DNA of 64,000 nucleotides from Eledone cirrhosa (GCA_964016885.1 OZ024743.1:2790001-2854000); one strand, 5' to 3'; counted from the stretch's first letter, positions 13,790 to 27,419 are shown. Notes: generated by a model not told the origin, from the sequence alone. Translations and numbers: made by a program.

Positions 13790-14332
13790 ATTTCAGTGTG
13801 AAATAATTTTTTTCTTTGTTTTTTTTTAATGTGCTATTAGTTAAACTTACTTCCTAATACAGTGCAAAGAACTTTTTCCTTGGGAAAGGGATGAGGTGAG
13901 GGGATCCTCTGACGTTTCATGAGTTTCTTTACCATTTTTTGCGTGTGCTACAAACCGATCATGCTGCAAAAGACTTTCTCACTGGGGAAGTGGGGGACCC
14001 TCGGATCTGCTCCCCTCCCTCTTCGAGTTTTCTTTGCCCCCTTAACCCTAATCCTAACCCCAGGGAGGGGTTGAAAAGTTTGATGCTCCCCCCCTCTTCC
14101 CTCTCTTCTTCTCAGGATAATATGTCCTTTGCAGCATGTAAGATTAGTTGGTAGCACATGAATAAAACCAAAGGGAAAAAAAATTGTAAAGAAAACTCGG
14201 CGAGAGGGGTGAAAATTCCAAGGGTCCTTCTCACCCCCTTCCTTTTCCAAGGAAAAAATCCTTTGCACCATATTAGGAAGTAAGTTTAATTGAAAAAAAA
14301 AACCGAAGAAAGAAATTATTTCCCACTGAAAT
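13790..14332. mobile_element. MITE-like element with ~120-bp imperfect terminal inverted repeats, superfamily unassigned
   Basis: ATTTCAGTGTGAAATAATTT...TTAAACTTACTTCCTAATAC-GTGCAAAG...CCTTGG is mirrored at 14220-14332; an inner IR flanks AACCCTAATCCTAACCC. No TSD found. Confidence 0.65.
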
Positions 14333-15034
14333 AACATTGCAAATTTTCACAATTATCTTATCAACTAGTAAAGATATTATAAACATTTGAATTAACAAAC
14401 TTGCTATTAGATATTTTCTGTTAAATCATTACAGGATGTTAAGAGATGGTACTGCAAATTTTCACAACAATCTGTTCACTAGTAAAGATACTATAAACAT
14501 TTGAATTAACAAACTTAGATATTTTCTGCTAAATCATTACAGGATGTTGAAACTCATTTTCTCAATGTAAGAAAAAGTCAATCTCTGTAGGATTGGAACT
14601 CATAATGTAACTAAACACCACAAGGTATTTATAGTCCAACATTCTACCAGTTTTACTTATTATTACTATTAGTATTAACAATAACTAAAACATTGTAAAC
14701 AGCACAGGGGTTAGAGTAATGTTAGTGTGAAATTATTTCTACTTATTTCACAGTTTCCAGTCATCTGTGTGACAAAGCGACTCTATTAAATGGGTTGCTC
14801 TGCCTTTTCAGTTTATTCAGAGCAAAACATTCACATGGTAATTTTTTTCTTTTTTTTTGACTGATGTTAGTTGAAAGGCATCTGGGTGGTTATAATGTAT
14901 CTAAAGAAAAATAGTGTGCTAATCATTATGATGTCGTTTTTAATATCGTTTTATATAACAAATGTCATGTGTAAGTAGCAGTATACCATACAGAAAATAT
15001 GGGCTAGTATATATGTGAAAGTATTGGTTTCTCA

Positions 15035-15330
15035 GGCAGTGAATTGGCAGTCGCTGGAACATCAGACAGAGTGCTTTGCGGTTTTTGTTCCAGCTTGCTG
15101 CACTCGGATCCCACCGAGGTCAACTTTGCCTTTCATCCTTTCAAGGTTGATAAAAATAAGTACCAATCCAGGACTGGGGTTGATTTTTTTTCCTCTATAT
15201 CGCTTTCTCACTGCCCCCATCCCCCGCCTCTCTCTCAGAAATTGGCTATGTTCAGACCTGGAGATAAGATGGGCTCTGTCTGGTTTAAAGTGCTCAAGAT
15301 ACACCACTTGTCACAACAGTGCTCCTATAA
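15035..15330 (+). mobile_element. SINE family A variant
   Basis: Same head and core as family A with a different 3' part, shared with 47960-48520 and 59190-59530. Confidence 0.65.
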
Positions 15331-15834
15331 CTTTCAATATTTACAAATCCATACATACATAGAAATGTTTCTCATATTTGAGGTATACCTTGATATGTGA
15401 GCAGACAACAGTAACCTAATAAATTAGAGCAGGCTTGCTTGGATGTTAGATTCTAAGCTATTGAATAGTTATTACTGTAATTTTGCAGTGTATGGTCTCT
15501 GTTTGTGCATTTCCTTTCTAAGTCTAGTGTGTGTCTCAAGCCCGGAAGCTCATCAGACCATTGCTTATCTTAGTTTCTGTGGCATTAAGTGACTGAGAGT
15601 ACAAGACTCCTCACTGGACAGGATGTCAGTCCATCACAGGTTTAAATCCCCAGCTACTGCGGGTACTCAATTTTGGCTGAATATACTAGAGCAATATGAA
15701 ATGAAGTGTTTTGTTCAAGAACATAACACACAACTCAGTCTGGGAATCGAGCACACATTATGGTCGTATGTCCTACACCTTAACCCAGCATTTCTTAACC
15801 TGTGTTCCCTGGAACCTTAGGGTTTCGCAAAAGA

Positions 15835-16212
15835 CCTAAATACAAAGTAAAACCTACTACAGTCAGTAGGCATCTCTAACAAAATACCCCCCCCCCCCAT
15901 CCACACCACCCCTTTCAATGTAAAGTTATGTTGGTGCCACAACATCCAGGCCGAAACAAATGAGGTCGTGTAGGTGTCACGACAAAAAACACACAGTCCA
16001 CGCTGTAATGTGGCCGTGTAGGCAACACGGTAAAAACCTCCCAGCCCTACACTGTAAATGTGGTTGGTGTTAGGAAGGGCATCCAGCTGTAGAAAACCCG
16101 CCAGACAGTCCTATGCGAGCAAGACAACCACTCTTGCCTCAAGTGGGAAAACTCCCGTCCAAACCCATGCAAGCGTGGAACATGGACGTTAAACGATGAT
16201 GATGATGATGAT
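15835..16212 (+). mobile_element. Headless RTE-dependent short element (family H), complete
   Basis: Starts at CCTAA, has the RTE 5'UTR-like GTTGGTGTTAGGAAGGGCATCCAGC motif, and ends CCATGCAAGCGTGG...GGACGTTAAAC(GAT)n. Confidence 0.8.
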
Positions 16213-16480
16213 TGCTACAGGTTCTGTGAGAAACTGATGAATAAGCTAATGCCTTTTTGAGTAATTTTTGTTTAATTTTATATTCCTAATTTTACAGACA
16301 CATACGGATATTATTGGACAATCTTGGATTAGTATAATAAAGGCTTCAAACTCTTATATTATTTAAAACTGCCAATAAATTTGACAAAAAAGGGGGTCAT
16401 TTTTTCTTTAAACTAGTTATCAGAAAAAATATATTATGTTTACCATGTGAACTATGATAAAAATATGAGATAGATATTAA

Positions 16481-16620
16481 TAATTGTTTCTACTTTTGGC
16501 ACAAGACCAGCAATTACCCAGTGCATTACTGGTACTTTATTTTATCGACCCCGTAAGGATGAAAGGCAAAGTTAACCTCGGCGGGATTTGAACTCAGAAT
16601 GGCAAGGGCCATAACTATGC
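16481..16620 (-). mobile_element. SINE family A, 5'-truncated
   Basis: Near-identical to 2105-2240. Confidence 0.8.
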
Positions 16621-17977
16621 GTCAATAATGGTATATAATAATTTTTATGCAGGGGTTCCCTGAGAAATGAAAACTATTTTAAGGGTTTTACAAGGGTAAA
16701 AAGGTTGAGAAACATTGCCTTAACCACTAAGGCCATGTTCCTTCATTTTGAAGTAGCCAAAATATTCTCACTGAATTAGTTTGATAAAATAACTGCTAAA
16801 CTAAACTAAGTAGTAGTGGTTTGATATGATGGATTAAAACCTTGAATATGGTGACATCAGTATGGCTTTAGTTCAATGACTGAAACTCTGTAAAAGAATG
16901 TGTGTATCCCAATGCAAAAGACCATAATAATAGTGGAGAAAATCGATATGTAGAGTTCAATTCCTTGCAGGTGCCTCTTTCCACTCTTTTCCATGACTAG
17001 GGGTACTTTATCTGATTTTCTCAACTATTAGGATCATTTGCATTGGAATGCATGTATTTCAAATTTTCTCAATGCTGCTAAAGTCTAATACTTTGTTTAC
17101 ACATGTAAAATATTTCTTCAAGCCAAATTCAGTTTAACGAACTTTTTCATTCGCAGTAATAATATCATAATTCAACCCCACACTAATTGTAGTTAAGAAC
17201 TCATTATTTAGTTTGTGTTTGGAACATAACTTAAACTCTTATGTAAAATTATGATTGCAGCTTTTTAGATAAATATAAACACCTTAGCCCTTTCGTTTAC
17301 ATGTTTCTAATGAAAGACACTGCTTTTGATTTTCGAATAATTTTGAAAACAATCAAGAATTTAGAGTGATTTTCTAATATAACTTTCTCATTATTTAACT
17401 AGTGTGTGGAACATAACTTTACAAAAGTCTCTAACATAAAATTATGATGGAAGCTTTTTCTTTTTATAAAGTGTGGAACGTAAGCAAGAAGTGGGCCCTC
17501 ATCCATGTGAAAAGTCAGTAGCTCCGAATTGGTCTGTAGACAGCTGTTAAATGATGATGATGTTAAACATTTTTGTATTACAGAAATGGGGGAGGGGCAC
17601 CATTTCAGGTAGTTAAGTATAAAAACAGTTTTAAAAAGTTGTATGAAATTTTACCAAAGTAGAGTGGTGACTACACATACTCTCTCCCTCTCTCTCCCTT
17701 TCACACACATAATAGACACTGAGAAAGATAAAGAGGACATATAGACAGTTGGGCCAAACAAACAGTGAAATTTAGGTCAGAATATACTCCATGCAGATTA
17801 TAACAAGGCTATTCTTGACATGAAATTAGTACCAAGGAGAACTGAAAAGAAGCATAGGTGGTAGGGAGGAGTGAAAGCAAGAATTTATTTAAGTAGGCTA
17901 TTTTGTTTGAAACAATGCAATTTTCAAGCAGGCAATTGTATACTCAGAACGAAAAGAGAAGGCAAAGCATTAAAAAA

Positions 17978-18033
<56 letters not shown>

Positions 18034-18339
18034 CATACACACACACATGCATATATATGTATGTATGTAGTTCATGCACAAACATACTCACACACACACA
18101 CTAAAATACATGATAAAAAAAATAATAATAAAAAACAATCCTACAAAATTGCTTAAAACAAGAGGATATCAACAAAAGTTCAGAGGTATTTGTAAAAGCT
18201 CTCAAACTCTAAATAGCTGTCTGAATAAAGGCACAAATACAAATTACAGGATGAAGAATACTTCTAAAATGTTTTTCAATAGTTTTATATATGCCACATA
18301 TAAACAAATTATGTATGTGTACCCTTCATTTTGAGGGCA

Positions 18340-18790
18340 AAACCTTTTGTAGTTATCAGCAGTAGTAGTTCCCTGAACTTCATTTCATTCTCACTCTGGC
18401 TAATGTACTTTTGGAAGACCCACTGCTAATTTGGTTGACAAGGTAACAGAAACTATCAACTACTTCTACTGAGCCCTCTGGGCATTTAAAGTAGTTAGTA
18501 TCCTGTGGGCTCTTGCTACTTATTAGACCTGTGCAATGACCACATATAAAATCTACATTCTTTGCTAGCCTACCTGAAATCCCACTACATCTCTTGTGTA
18601 CCCATAGTTTGCATTTAGGGTATAGGGTAGAATTTCTACTTACTTATTTCCTGCACACTTAGCAAGGCCATTTCCATGAGTCTGTTTTCCTTTCTACAAT
18701 TAGATGCACGCAACACACAAAACAAGAACAATTCTGTATTTTCCTCAACTGTCAACCATCGTATCAGAATGACATTTAAGGACTAAAATA
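18340..18790 (-). mobile_element. RTE LINE fragment (PHD-insert family)
   Basis: Minus-strand translation KCKLWVHKRCSGISGRL..NVDFICGHC...CPEGSVEVVDSFCYL. Confidence 0.75.
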
Positions 18791-18839
18791 AAAATATATT
18801 TACATTATATTTACAAATGTTTCAAAATATAAATGAAGT

Positions 18840-19100
18840 GTTTCATCATCATCATCATCGTTGGCATTACTATCACCACTAATGTTGTCACCATCATCTT
18901 CATCTTCATCACTATCATCATTATCATCACCCCCATCATCATTACCACCACCCCATTATCATTATCACCATCATCATCCCATTATCATCATAATCACTAT
19001 CATCCCATCATCATCATCCCATTATCATCATAATTACCATCACCCCATGCCAATCATCATCAACCAATTATCATCATCAACACCATCAACTCATCGTCAT
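18840..19100. repeat. (CAT)n-like low-complexity tract
   Basis: Directly visible. Confidence 0.85.
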
Positions 19101-19701
19101 CATTTAACATCCATCTTACCTGCTAGCAATGGTTGGCAGAGCCACTGATCTCTCAAATGAGCTGAGGTGGGGCTCTACATGTCACCAACTCACTTCTCTT
19201 AATCAAAACTTAAAGATGACAAAAGGATGTTTGCTGTTTGTTTATTTCTTAAACATGGACAACTTTTTCGAATTAGTTATTTTCTTTCATACATAATGTT
19301 TTTTTTTAAAATTCATTGGTTTGGTCTGGGGGGAGGGGCAGATCCCATGCCCTTCGTTGGTCCTCTAGTCTATTAATATTCCTTTTGAACTGCTGCAGGG
19401 AGAGAGAATTCTACAGGGTGGGGTGGGGGCGATGTTATGGTGACAATGGACTGGTGATATTGGTCAGTGTTGATCGGGGGGGGGGGGGGGGAATAGACAT
19501 AATGTGGGTAACAAAAGTAGAGGTGGGGAGGGAGGTGGACTCAATGTCAGTTAATGGAGTAGGGCAGTGGAAGGACTGGGGGAGACAGTATGGAGGAGTA
19601 AGGGAGGTGAAGTGGTGGACACAATACAATTTGAGCTCAGAATGTAGAAAGTTGTTACTAAATGCTACAAAGAATTCATGGGGGTTCTCAAAAATTTGGT
19701 A

Positions 19702-20162
19702 CTGTATATACTCATATAAAAGTCGAGAAATATCTGACGAAAAAATTGATGACAAAATTGTGGTGGTGGTAATGGGGTTTGACTTATATTCAAGGTCAAT
19801 ATTTTGCTGATTTTCACCAACTTCAAAATTCTATGTAAATGAAGTGCTAAAATATTTTTGCTTTGAAGGTGAGTATTACATTGGTTTCACTTTCGAAGTG
19901 AAATTTGTATTTGATATGTTTTGAATGAATGTGGTCTTCAAAAACAGTTGCAAATTGGTAAAAAATCATTACGCAATGAAGTTGTGAAACAAAAACTACA
20001 CTCTAAAACATTCAATATATCAAAATATTAAATCTTCATGAAAATTTCAAAACTGCACCATCTAAACATAATGTGCTGATTACCTGCCTCAGAATACAAA
20101 CTGTGTTTGAATTTTGACCTATTTCTCAGACATAAAATAGTAGGGTTAGCTTATATATATGG
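19702..20162. mobile_element. Old Tc2/pogo-like non-autonomous element
   Basis: Starts TA|CTGTATATACTCATATAAAAGTCGAG and ends ...CTTATATATATGG|TA; degenerate. Confidence 0.4.
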
Positions 20163-21869
20163 TAATTTGGAAAATCTGCCCCCCCCCCCCCCCATTACAT
20201 TTTGTAGTAATTCACATATTCCACTTTCTATCATATGCATATTCATTTTGATGGGGTAAAAAAAAAAAAAAAAAGCAGCTTATCAGCTGTATTAAATTAT
20301 AAGTGGTGGAAATCACGCCACCCTCATCTCACTTTTGGCCTACTGTGCGCCTCCCTCAGGATGTAATAGCTGTTTTGAGTCCTTGAGTTTGGGACCTTTG
20401 CTCTAACGCTCTTGCCAATCCACCACCCATAAGTAAACTTATAATGATTTTTGATTTAAGCACATGGCTAACATTTTAGAGGGAGGGGTAAGTTGATTAA
20501 CTCGACCCTTGTAAGGATGAAAGGCAAAGCTAAGCTCGGCAGGATTTGAACTCAGAATGTAAAGGGCTATAACCTTATGCTGTGAAGAATGGTGTTCAAT
20601 GCTGTACTGATACTGCCAATCCACCACTTTCAGACCTGAGAGTAGCTAAAAATTGACCAGAGCTCATAAATATATGTTCAGTATGACCAGCATATCTCAT
20701 AATTTAATTTGATAACTGTTATAGAGCTAATTCTTGAATATTAAACAAGAATACAGTATTAAGTAAAAGGGAAAATAATTTTAATTAATTTGAAAGTATT
20801 ATTGAACAAAATATCTTTTTTTTAAACCTGAAATTCTATATTTTAAAACGATTAGTCAAAGAAAAGAGGGTTATACCTAATGACACTTTTCAGGGTCTTT
20901 GAGACTGGTGGGAGGGTAAGAGCAGGGAGGTATCTTCAAACTAGAGACCTCATCTGAATTCCTGTAATAGAATGGATTCTGCTAAAGGTACCCAAGCCCC
21001 AAGTGGTGGTGTTAAACCATGTAATTTTAAATCTTCCACCCAAGGGCCAGGTGGTGGGGTTAAACCAAGCAACAGATTAAGTCTACTATTCAAGAGCCAT
21101 GTGGTGGTGTTAAACTGTGGTACCGATTAAGTCCACCACTCAAGGGCCATGTGACATAAGATCTTTCACTCAAGTATATATCTCTTTCTCTCTCTCCATA
21201 TATATCCATTCTTGTCTGATGATCCTGTAATAAACAAGCACAACTCCAGAGTAACAAGACTGATAATTTAGCCTTAATAAAATGTGTGTGTGTGTGTATA
21301 TATTATACACACACCACAACATGATTTGAACTCAGAACACAAAGAACTGGAACAAATACTGACAGAACATTCATCCAATATTCTAACAATTCTGCCAAAC
21401 CATTCCACTACTGAACTGGTGCTTTATTTTATCAATTCTGGAAGGAAGAAAGGTAAAGTTGACTTTTGTGGGATTTGAACTCGCAGTGCAGAGTCTGAAG
21501 AAATACTACAAAGCATTTTCTCTGATGCTCTTCCGACTCTGCCAACCATTTCTGTATTGTTGCTACAAGAAATGTATATGAAAACAGTTAAAAAAAAAAA
21601 AAATTATTCTTTAGTATTATCACACAGGAACTTTTTTTATAATGGTTCCCTTCCGGCAAATCACACCCTGTCATGTTAAATAAAGACAGGAAGTATTAGA
21701 TAATGTAGTCTTAAATAAATAAGAAGGGATGGTCACAATGGAATTCCTTTGCTTATTATTCTGCTCAGTCCGGGTTGTGTTGGGGCTCAATAAAAACAAT
21801 GTATGTTGAAGATAGAGTAAACTAATTTGTAGCAAAGTAAATGTGAGTAAGGAAAATCACAAGATACAC

Positions 21870-22345
21870 CTAGTATACCATGTAAAATGGTAGTGCTGGT
21901 GCCACTATACAATGTAACCAGCCCACACTGTAAAGTGATAGTGGTGGTGCCACGATAAAAATACCCAGTACACTCTGTAAAGTGGTAGTACCAGTGTCAC
22001 AATAAAATACACCTAGCTCACTGTGTAGTAGTACTGGTTCCATGATGAAATACACCCAGCTGATACTGTACAGTGGTGGTGTTGGTGTCACAATAAAATA
22101 TACCCAGCCTACACTGTAAAATGATATTGCTGGTGCCAGGAAAAAAGCGTTGGTGGTGGTACCTCAAGAAAACGAGCCTGGTACACACTGTGAAGTTGGT
22201 TGGTTTTAAGAAACACATCCAGCCATAGCAACCATGTCAAAATGGAATGTATGAACAAAACACATTCATCTGATCTGCCTGTCTTACCACAGTGTGACAA
22301 CCTGTCTAACTCATGCAGTGTGAAAAATAGGCGTAAAACGATGAA
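21870..22345 (+). mobile_element. RTE-dependent SINE-like element with ~7 tandem ~48-bp body units
   Basis: Repeated CCCAG..CACACTGTAAAGTGGTAGT..TGCCAC.ATAAAATA units followed by an RTE-like tail. Confidence 0.7.
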
Positions 22346-22824
22346 ATGGGGTAAGTCCATTCTACAACAGTAACATGGTTTCTGTTTTTCTATTTAGGAT
22401 TGTTAAATATCTTCTTTCATTTCTTTGCTCCTTGTGTCTGCAATATCTTGTCTGTTTTATCAAAAGTCTATCTTTCCTTGGTTGTGAGTGTTCTCCCACT
22501 CTGTTTTTGTAATTGTTATCAGTTGACAACCATTAGGACTGTTTCCTATGAATTTAAGGTTTCAAAGAGAGGTAAGACACGTTTTGTCGTTGTTTGGAAG
22601 TATATTTGATTTAATTTACATAAGTATATTACTGATACTTATTTTATTGGCCCAACAATATTGTTGAGAAGTATAGTGATGAAAGTATTTAAAAAAAAAA
22701 GACTAAAATAATAAACAAGAAGAGAGATAAATAGGGCAGGAGGAAAAATTTTTTAATAATGTCAAAAAAAAAGGGGGAAGAGGGGGAACTCTACACTCCT
22801 GGCTAGGTGGTATATCTGAGCTGC

Positions 22825-23080
22825 CCCCTGTGGATAAGATAGTGAAAGCATTACCACAGACAACAGCCAGCAGCATCCACTGCACTAGTCATTTTATGTA
22901 ACAGGGCTCCTTCTTCATAAATTTGCAGAGGAAAATGGTAACCCAGGGACTGAGGACACCAGATATCTTGATGGCATCTGGCACAAAAAGGAAGTGGTCA
23001 GTCAAGTCCTCGTATTTGGATAACTTCCGCTCCTTTGCATTTCAGGCAACAGTGCCTGCAGTCCGAGACCGTGTTGCCCA
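22825..23080 (-). mobile_element. CRE-like REL endonuclease C-terminal fragment
   Basis: Translation AGTVA*NAKERKLSKYEDLTDHFLFVPDAIKISGVLSP...QWMLLAVVCGNAFTILST resembles the K..KY..L...F.P.A.E..G...QRGNA pattern. Confidence 0.65.
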
Positions 23081-25059
23081 TGGAAAATAAAAGCCAGAGT
23101 TGAACAGATAAAATAAAGTACCAGTACATTACTGGTACTTTATTTTATCTTCCCACCATAATGTACGATCACCACCTCCGCTACCAACATCACCATCACC
23201 ACATCATTGTAACCACCACCACCAACTACATCACCACTACTACTTCAACCAGCACCACCGCCACAACAACAACTATGATCTAAGTAATAATATATAGCCA
23301 TATAAAGAATGATTTATTATTTAAACACAAAGCTAGCAGTTTGTGGGGAGGGGAAGTTGATCTCTGTGCGATTTGAACTCAGATCATAGAAGGCTGTATC
23401 GAAATACTGCAATGTATATTTCATCTGATGCACTCAGGATTCTGCTACACCACCGCTCTATAATACAGTAATAATGTATTATTTCGCATTTATTTATTCA
23501 TTCACAGAAACATTTTCAAAGAATAAAGAAAAAACACCCCAACATTTTTTGTTCTTCAACTGGCCTCGCTATTTCTCCTCCCATCCCATGTAATTTATGT
23601 CAATTGTTTTGCTCATGATAGCATCAATGTATGAGTTCGTCTTCAATATTGTCTTTTTTATTTTACTTTCATGGTACCAAAAAACAACAACAAAACAACT
23701 ACCAAACAAAACGAAAACAAACAAACCAATTTCTCTGGGGAAGGGAATTCTCATTCTTCCACACACTGTTCTTTCAATTTATTCGTTCCACTCCCTCTAT
23801 TTTTGCTAGTATCTCTGTACATTTGTTCAGTTGTTCGCTCTGCTGCCTGTCCCATTTGCCTCTCTGCCTGCCCCGCCATTTCTTCTCCTGCTGTAGCAAA
23901 CATGACTGTTACTTTCTTGTCCTCCCTACTCCATCACCACAAGAAATATGAATGAAATAAAACGATGTGAAGTGATGGTTGTGATGAAGAATCAACAAGA
24001 TATTCGTTAATCTACAATTGGGTCACATTCTACGTTGCTATTTCATTGATAGACAGGCATCGTTCCTTCACTTTCGAATAGTTTCAGCTTTATCTTTTTT
24101 TCTTTATACTTTATTTTTGTTTCATAAAAAAGAAAAAGAATTACACACATGCACGCGCGAGGTATAAGTGTATAATAGCGTCGGTTAAAATGAAACAATT
24201 TTTGTGAAGCTTGAGCAGGATAAAAAGTAAATAGGCAGTTTTAATTCTTTCTTTTTGTATTCATGTATGCCTATGCGTGTATAACAAATGCCAGTATGGG
24301 TTGGACAATACTACATAAACCAAGTCAGTACTGAAATGGGGCTCCTGACCTCCCAGGCAGAGGAGCTTGTCATGTCTTCGGCATAATTGAAGGGTCCCCC
24401 TTACTCTTTGTTTAGCAAGCTTTCTACGGCTGGATGTCGCTCCTGTTACCAACTACTTTACAGTGTGTATTGAGTGTGATTATCGTGTAGATCGCCGATG
24501 TCGCGTCGTGTCATGATTGAAGGGGCCTTTCACCCACCTTTTTTTTTATAGGCATGGCTTATACAGCGGGGTGCTCTTCCCGTCACCAACTACCTTGCTG
24601 GGTGTGCCGGGCTGGTCCTTGTCCAACCGGAGAGTCTTCTCTTCTCTTCTGTGTGTGTGTGTGGGGGGGGGGGGATAGGTGGCATATAAGTGTGAAGTTA
24701 TGGCAAGTGTCGTGTAATTTGACAGGGTGATGAATGGGGAAGGTGATGTGGTGGGAGCTTGGATGGTGGTCATTAGCGCTGGGATGGGGTGGCACTCACC
24801 AGTTCTGGAAAGGGGTAGATGGAGAGAATAGCTTAGGAGTGATAGTGGTGGTGGCATGGGTGAGGTGCATTGAGAGTAGCTACTTGGGTGCAAAAGTGAG
24901 GTTTTCTGGCCTTTGAGGGGGTAGCAGCTAAAGAGTAAAAGGGTTTTTAAGGGGGTAGCAGCTAAAGTGTGAATGCTGGAAGGGTAGGGTGGTGTAGTGA
25001 TGAGAATAGATGGTGGAGGGGTGAGAGGACACATTGTATGTTGTTGGCCAGGTCTTCAT

Positions 25060-26040
25060 CAGCACAGTATATAGCGTCTGCCATGGCGGTCCTTTCTCAT
25101 TTCTGTTGTGAGGTTTAGTTTTTAAGGGCAGTCTTCACAACCTCATCCCATGTCTTCCTGTGTCTGCCTCATCCACAGGTCCCAGCCACTGCAGTTTCTC
25201 TGAAATTTTTATGCAGCTGTTATTGTCCATATACATCACATGTCCATACCAATGCAGTCTTCTCTTTAGCAATACTGCATCAAATTCCTCTTATGCCAAG
25301 TTTTTCCCTTAGTTTGCTTATGCTATGTCGCTCATTCACACTAACATTACATATTCATCAGAATGTATGCAATTCGTTTCTTTCTAGCCTTTGTAGGTCT
25401 TCTGTAGTCAAAGCCCATGTTTCACTGCGATGTTGCATTACATTTGCACACATGCATCATTTGTTAGCATCAGTAACAGATCTCTAAACTTGTTCCAACC
25501 TGTTTTTATCCTAGCTATCACACTTTTGACACATTTTCCTCTGATGCTAATTTGACTGCCCAGGTAACAAAAGCTGTCAACTACTTCTAAAGAGTCTCCC
25601 TGGCAACTGAAGAAATCTATTTCATGTGTGCTCTTAGTGCTTACTTCTCCTGTGCATCTGTCACACACAAAGTCTATCTTTTCCATTAGCCTGCCTGCAA
25701 TCCCACTACATATCTTGTGCATCCATAAATTACACTGTGTGCACCTTATGTAATTTCTGCCCACCCCTTTCTGGCATATTGAACAAAGTCATTTCCCTTG
25801 TAGTATCACCCCGCTGTCTTTTATCCTACCAAGTAGGACTTTTTTCTTTGCTCAGTTTACTTTTAGGCCTTTCAACTCTAGGTTCTTCTATGATTGAAAT
25901 GTTGCCCTTAGCTCTCCTACATTTCAGCTGTGAGGTCTAGGTCATCAGCATACAGAAGCTCCCATGGAGTACCACTTTTAAACTCCTCAATGATGGCCTG
26001 AAGGACAATGATAAACAGGGGTGGACTGAGAATGGAGCCC
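25060..26040 (-). mobile_element. RTE LINE 3' fragment (PHD-insert family)
   Basis: ORF 25438-25764 CTQCNLWMHKICSGIAGRL..FVCDRC..EVVDSFCYLG, with an upstream YADD region. Confidence 0.85.
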
Positions 26041-26819
26041 TGGTTATATATATATTTATAAGTAGGGGTCCACCTATATATATGTATATATATGTAGGTG
26101 ACTCCTTCCTATGTGGCACAAGCTCGAGATCTCTGATGTTATACAGAAGACCCGCCTTCCCCTGTGCACAGATACATCTTGCATGCACTACCTTCTCCCT
26201 TCATACACCTCCCTCATCCTAACACTCCACCCTCATTCACATCCCTACACCTCCACCCTTTACCAAATAAATGCACCACTTTAGATCTACCTCTCCAATC
26301 TCCATCTACCTCCCTCACCCAGCCTCCAATCCACATTGTAAAGTGGTCGTGTAGGTATCATGACAAAAAGTGTCCAGTCCACACTCTAAAGTGGTTGTGT
26401 CGGTGTCACGACAAAAAGCAGCCAGCCCACACTGTAAATGTAGTTGGCATTAGGAAAGTCATCCAGCCTTAGAAACCAAGCGAGAAACAGTTCTGTATGA
26501 GCAAGACACAGTCATCTGAACTGGCTTGTCTCACATTACAGCTCATCTCACCCATGCAGCATGGTAAAATGGACATTAAACTGTGATAAAGGTTTGAGCA
26601 AGGCCTGACCTTTATCAGTAATTCAAGGAGCCAGCCTTGTCATGAATTGTGTCACACTGAATCTCCCTGAGAACTAAATTATGAATGCATGTGTTTGGAA
26701 TGCTCAGTCACTTTTACTTAATTTCACAAAGGGGCAGTTCTATTGATTGAACCAACTGGAGCACTCATTGTTGGAACAAACACAAGTTCAACAACATTTT
26801 CACTGGAAATATTTTAGAT

Positions 26820-27397
26820 TTTGTATATAGCTAATGTGCGGCCACACTTAGGGGTTCCAGACTGGTGATGCAAATTCTATCTTGCTCAGAACATTGACCT
26901 CCTGGAAACTGTTCAGAGACGTGCAACCAAGCGAATACTCTCCGTCAGGCATGGATACATTGAAGCTCCGACGTCTGGCAACTGATTTGGTAAATACCCA
27001 CAAAATTATTAACCATCTTGCCAACAACAACCCTGAGCACCTTTTTGAATTCCATATGTCTAACACACGTGGACATGCTTACAAAGTCAGAAAACAACGC
27101 AGCTCTCATAGCTTACAGAAATATTTTTTCACGTTCAGACTTGCTGAAGCATGGAACAAACTACCTGCATCAGTTGTTAGCTGCCGAGACACTGCATCCT
27201 TTAAAACCTTCATGCTTCCTGAAATTCGCTAAGACTACACCTGATATCCCCCCTCCATACACATGCACACATGTATATCATGACTCATACACTGTTCACT
27301 TTCCTGACATTTGTACATTATTCTATGTACTATACATGCACCTTTGATGAGTTGTAGTGCACCAGAGCACTGTACACAATAATTTCATTATTATTAT
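26820..27397 (+). mobile_element. CR1-clade LINE 3' fragment
   Basis: LKLRRLATDL...TRGHAYKVRK...FFTFRLAEAWNKLP, 3'UTR stem-loop GTAGTGCACCAGAGCACTGT and (ATT)n tail. Confidence 0.85.
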
Positions 27398-27419
27398 AAG
27401 CATAAACACTTTAATAGAA

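Larger units (their letters stand above)
15786..16717. mobile_element. hAT (Charlie-like) MITE containing two SINE insertions
   Basis: TIR CAGCATTTCTTAACCT / AGGTTGAGAAACATTG; perfect 8-bp TSD CCTTAACC (15778-15785, 16718-16725). Confidence 0.85.

Noticed and set aside
23730-23905. Short minus-strand ORF (MFATAGEEMAGQAERQ...) in unique sequence
   Set aside because: About 50 aa with no recognisable homology or splice support.
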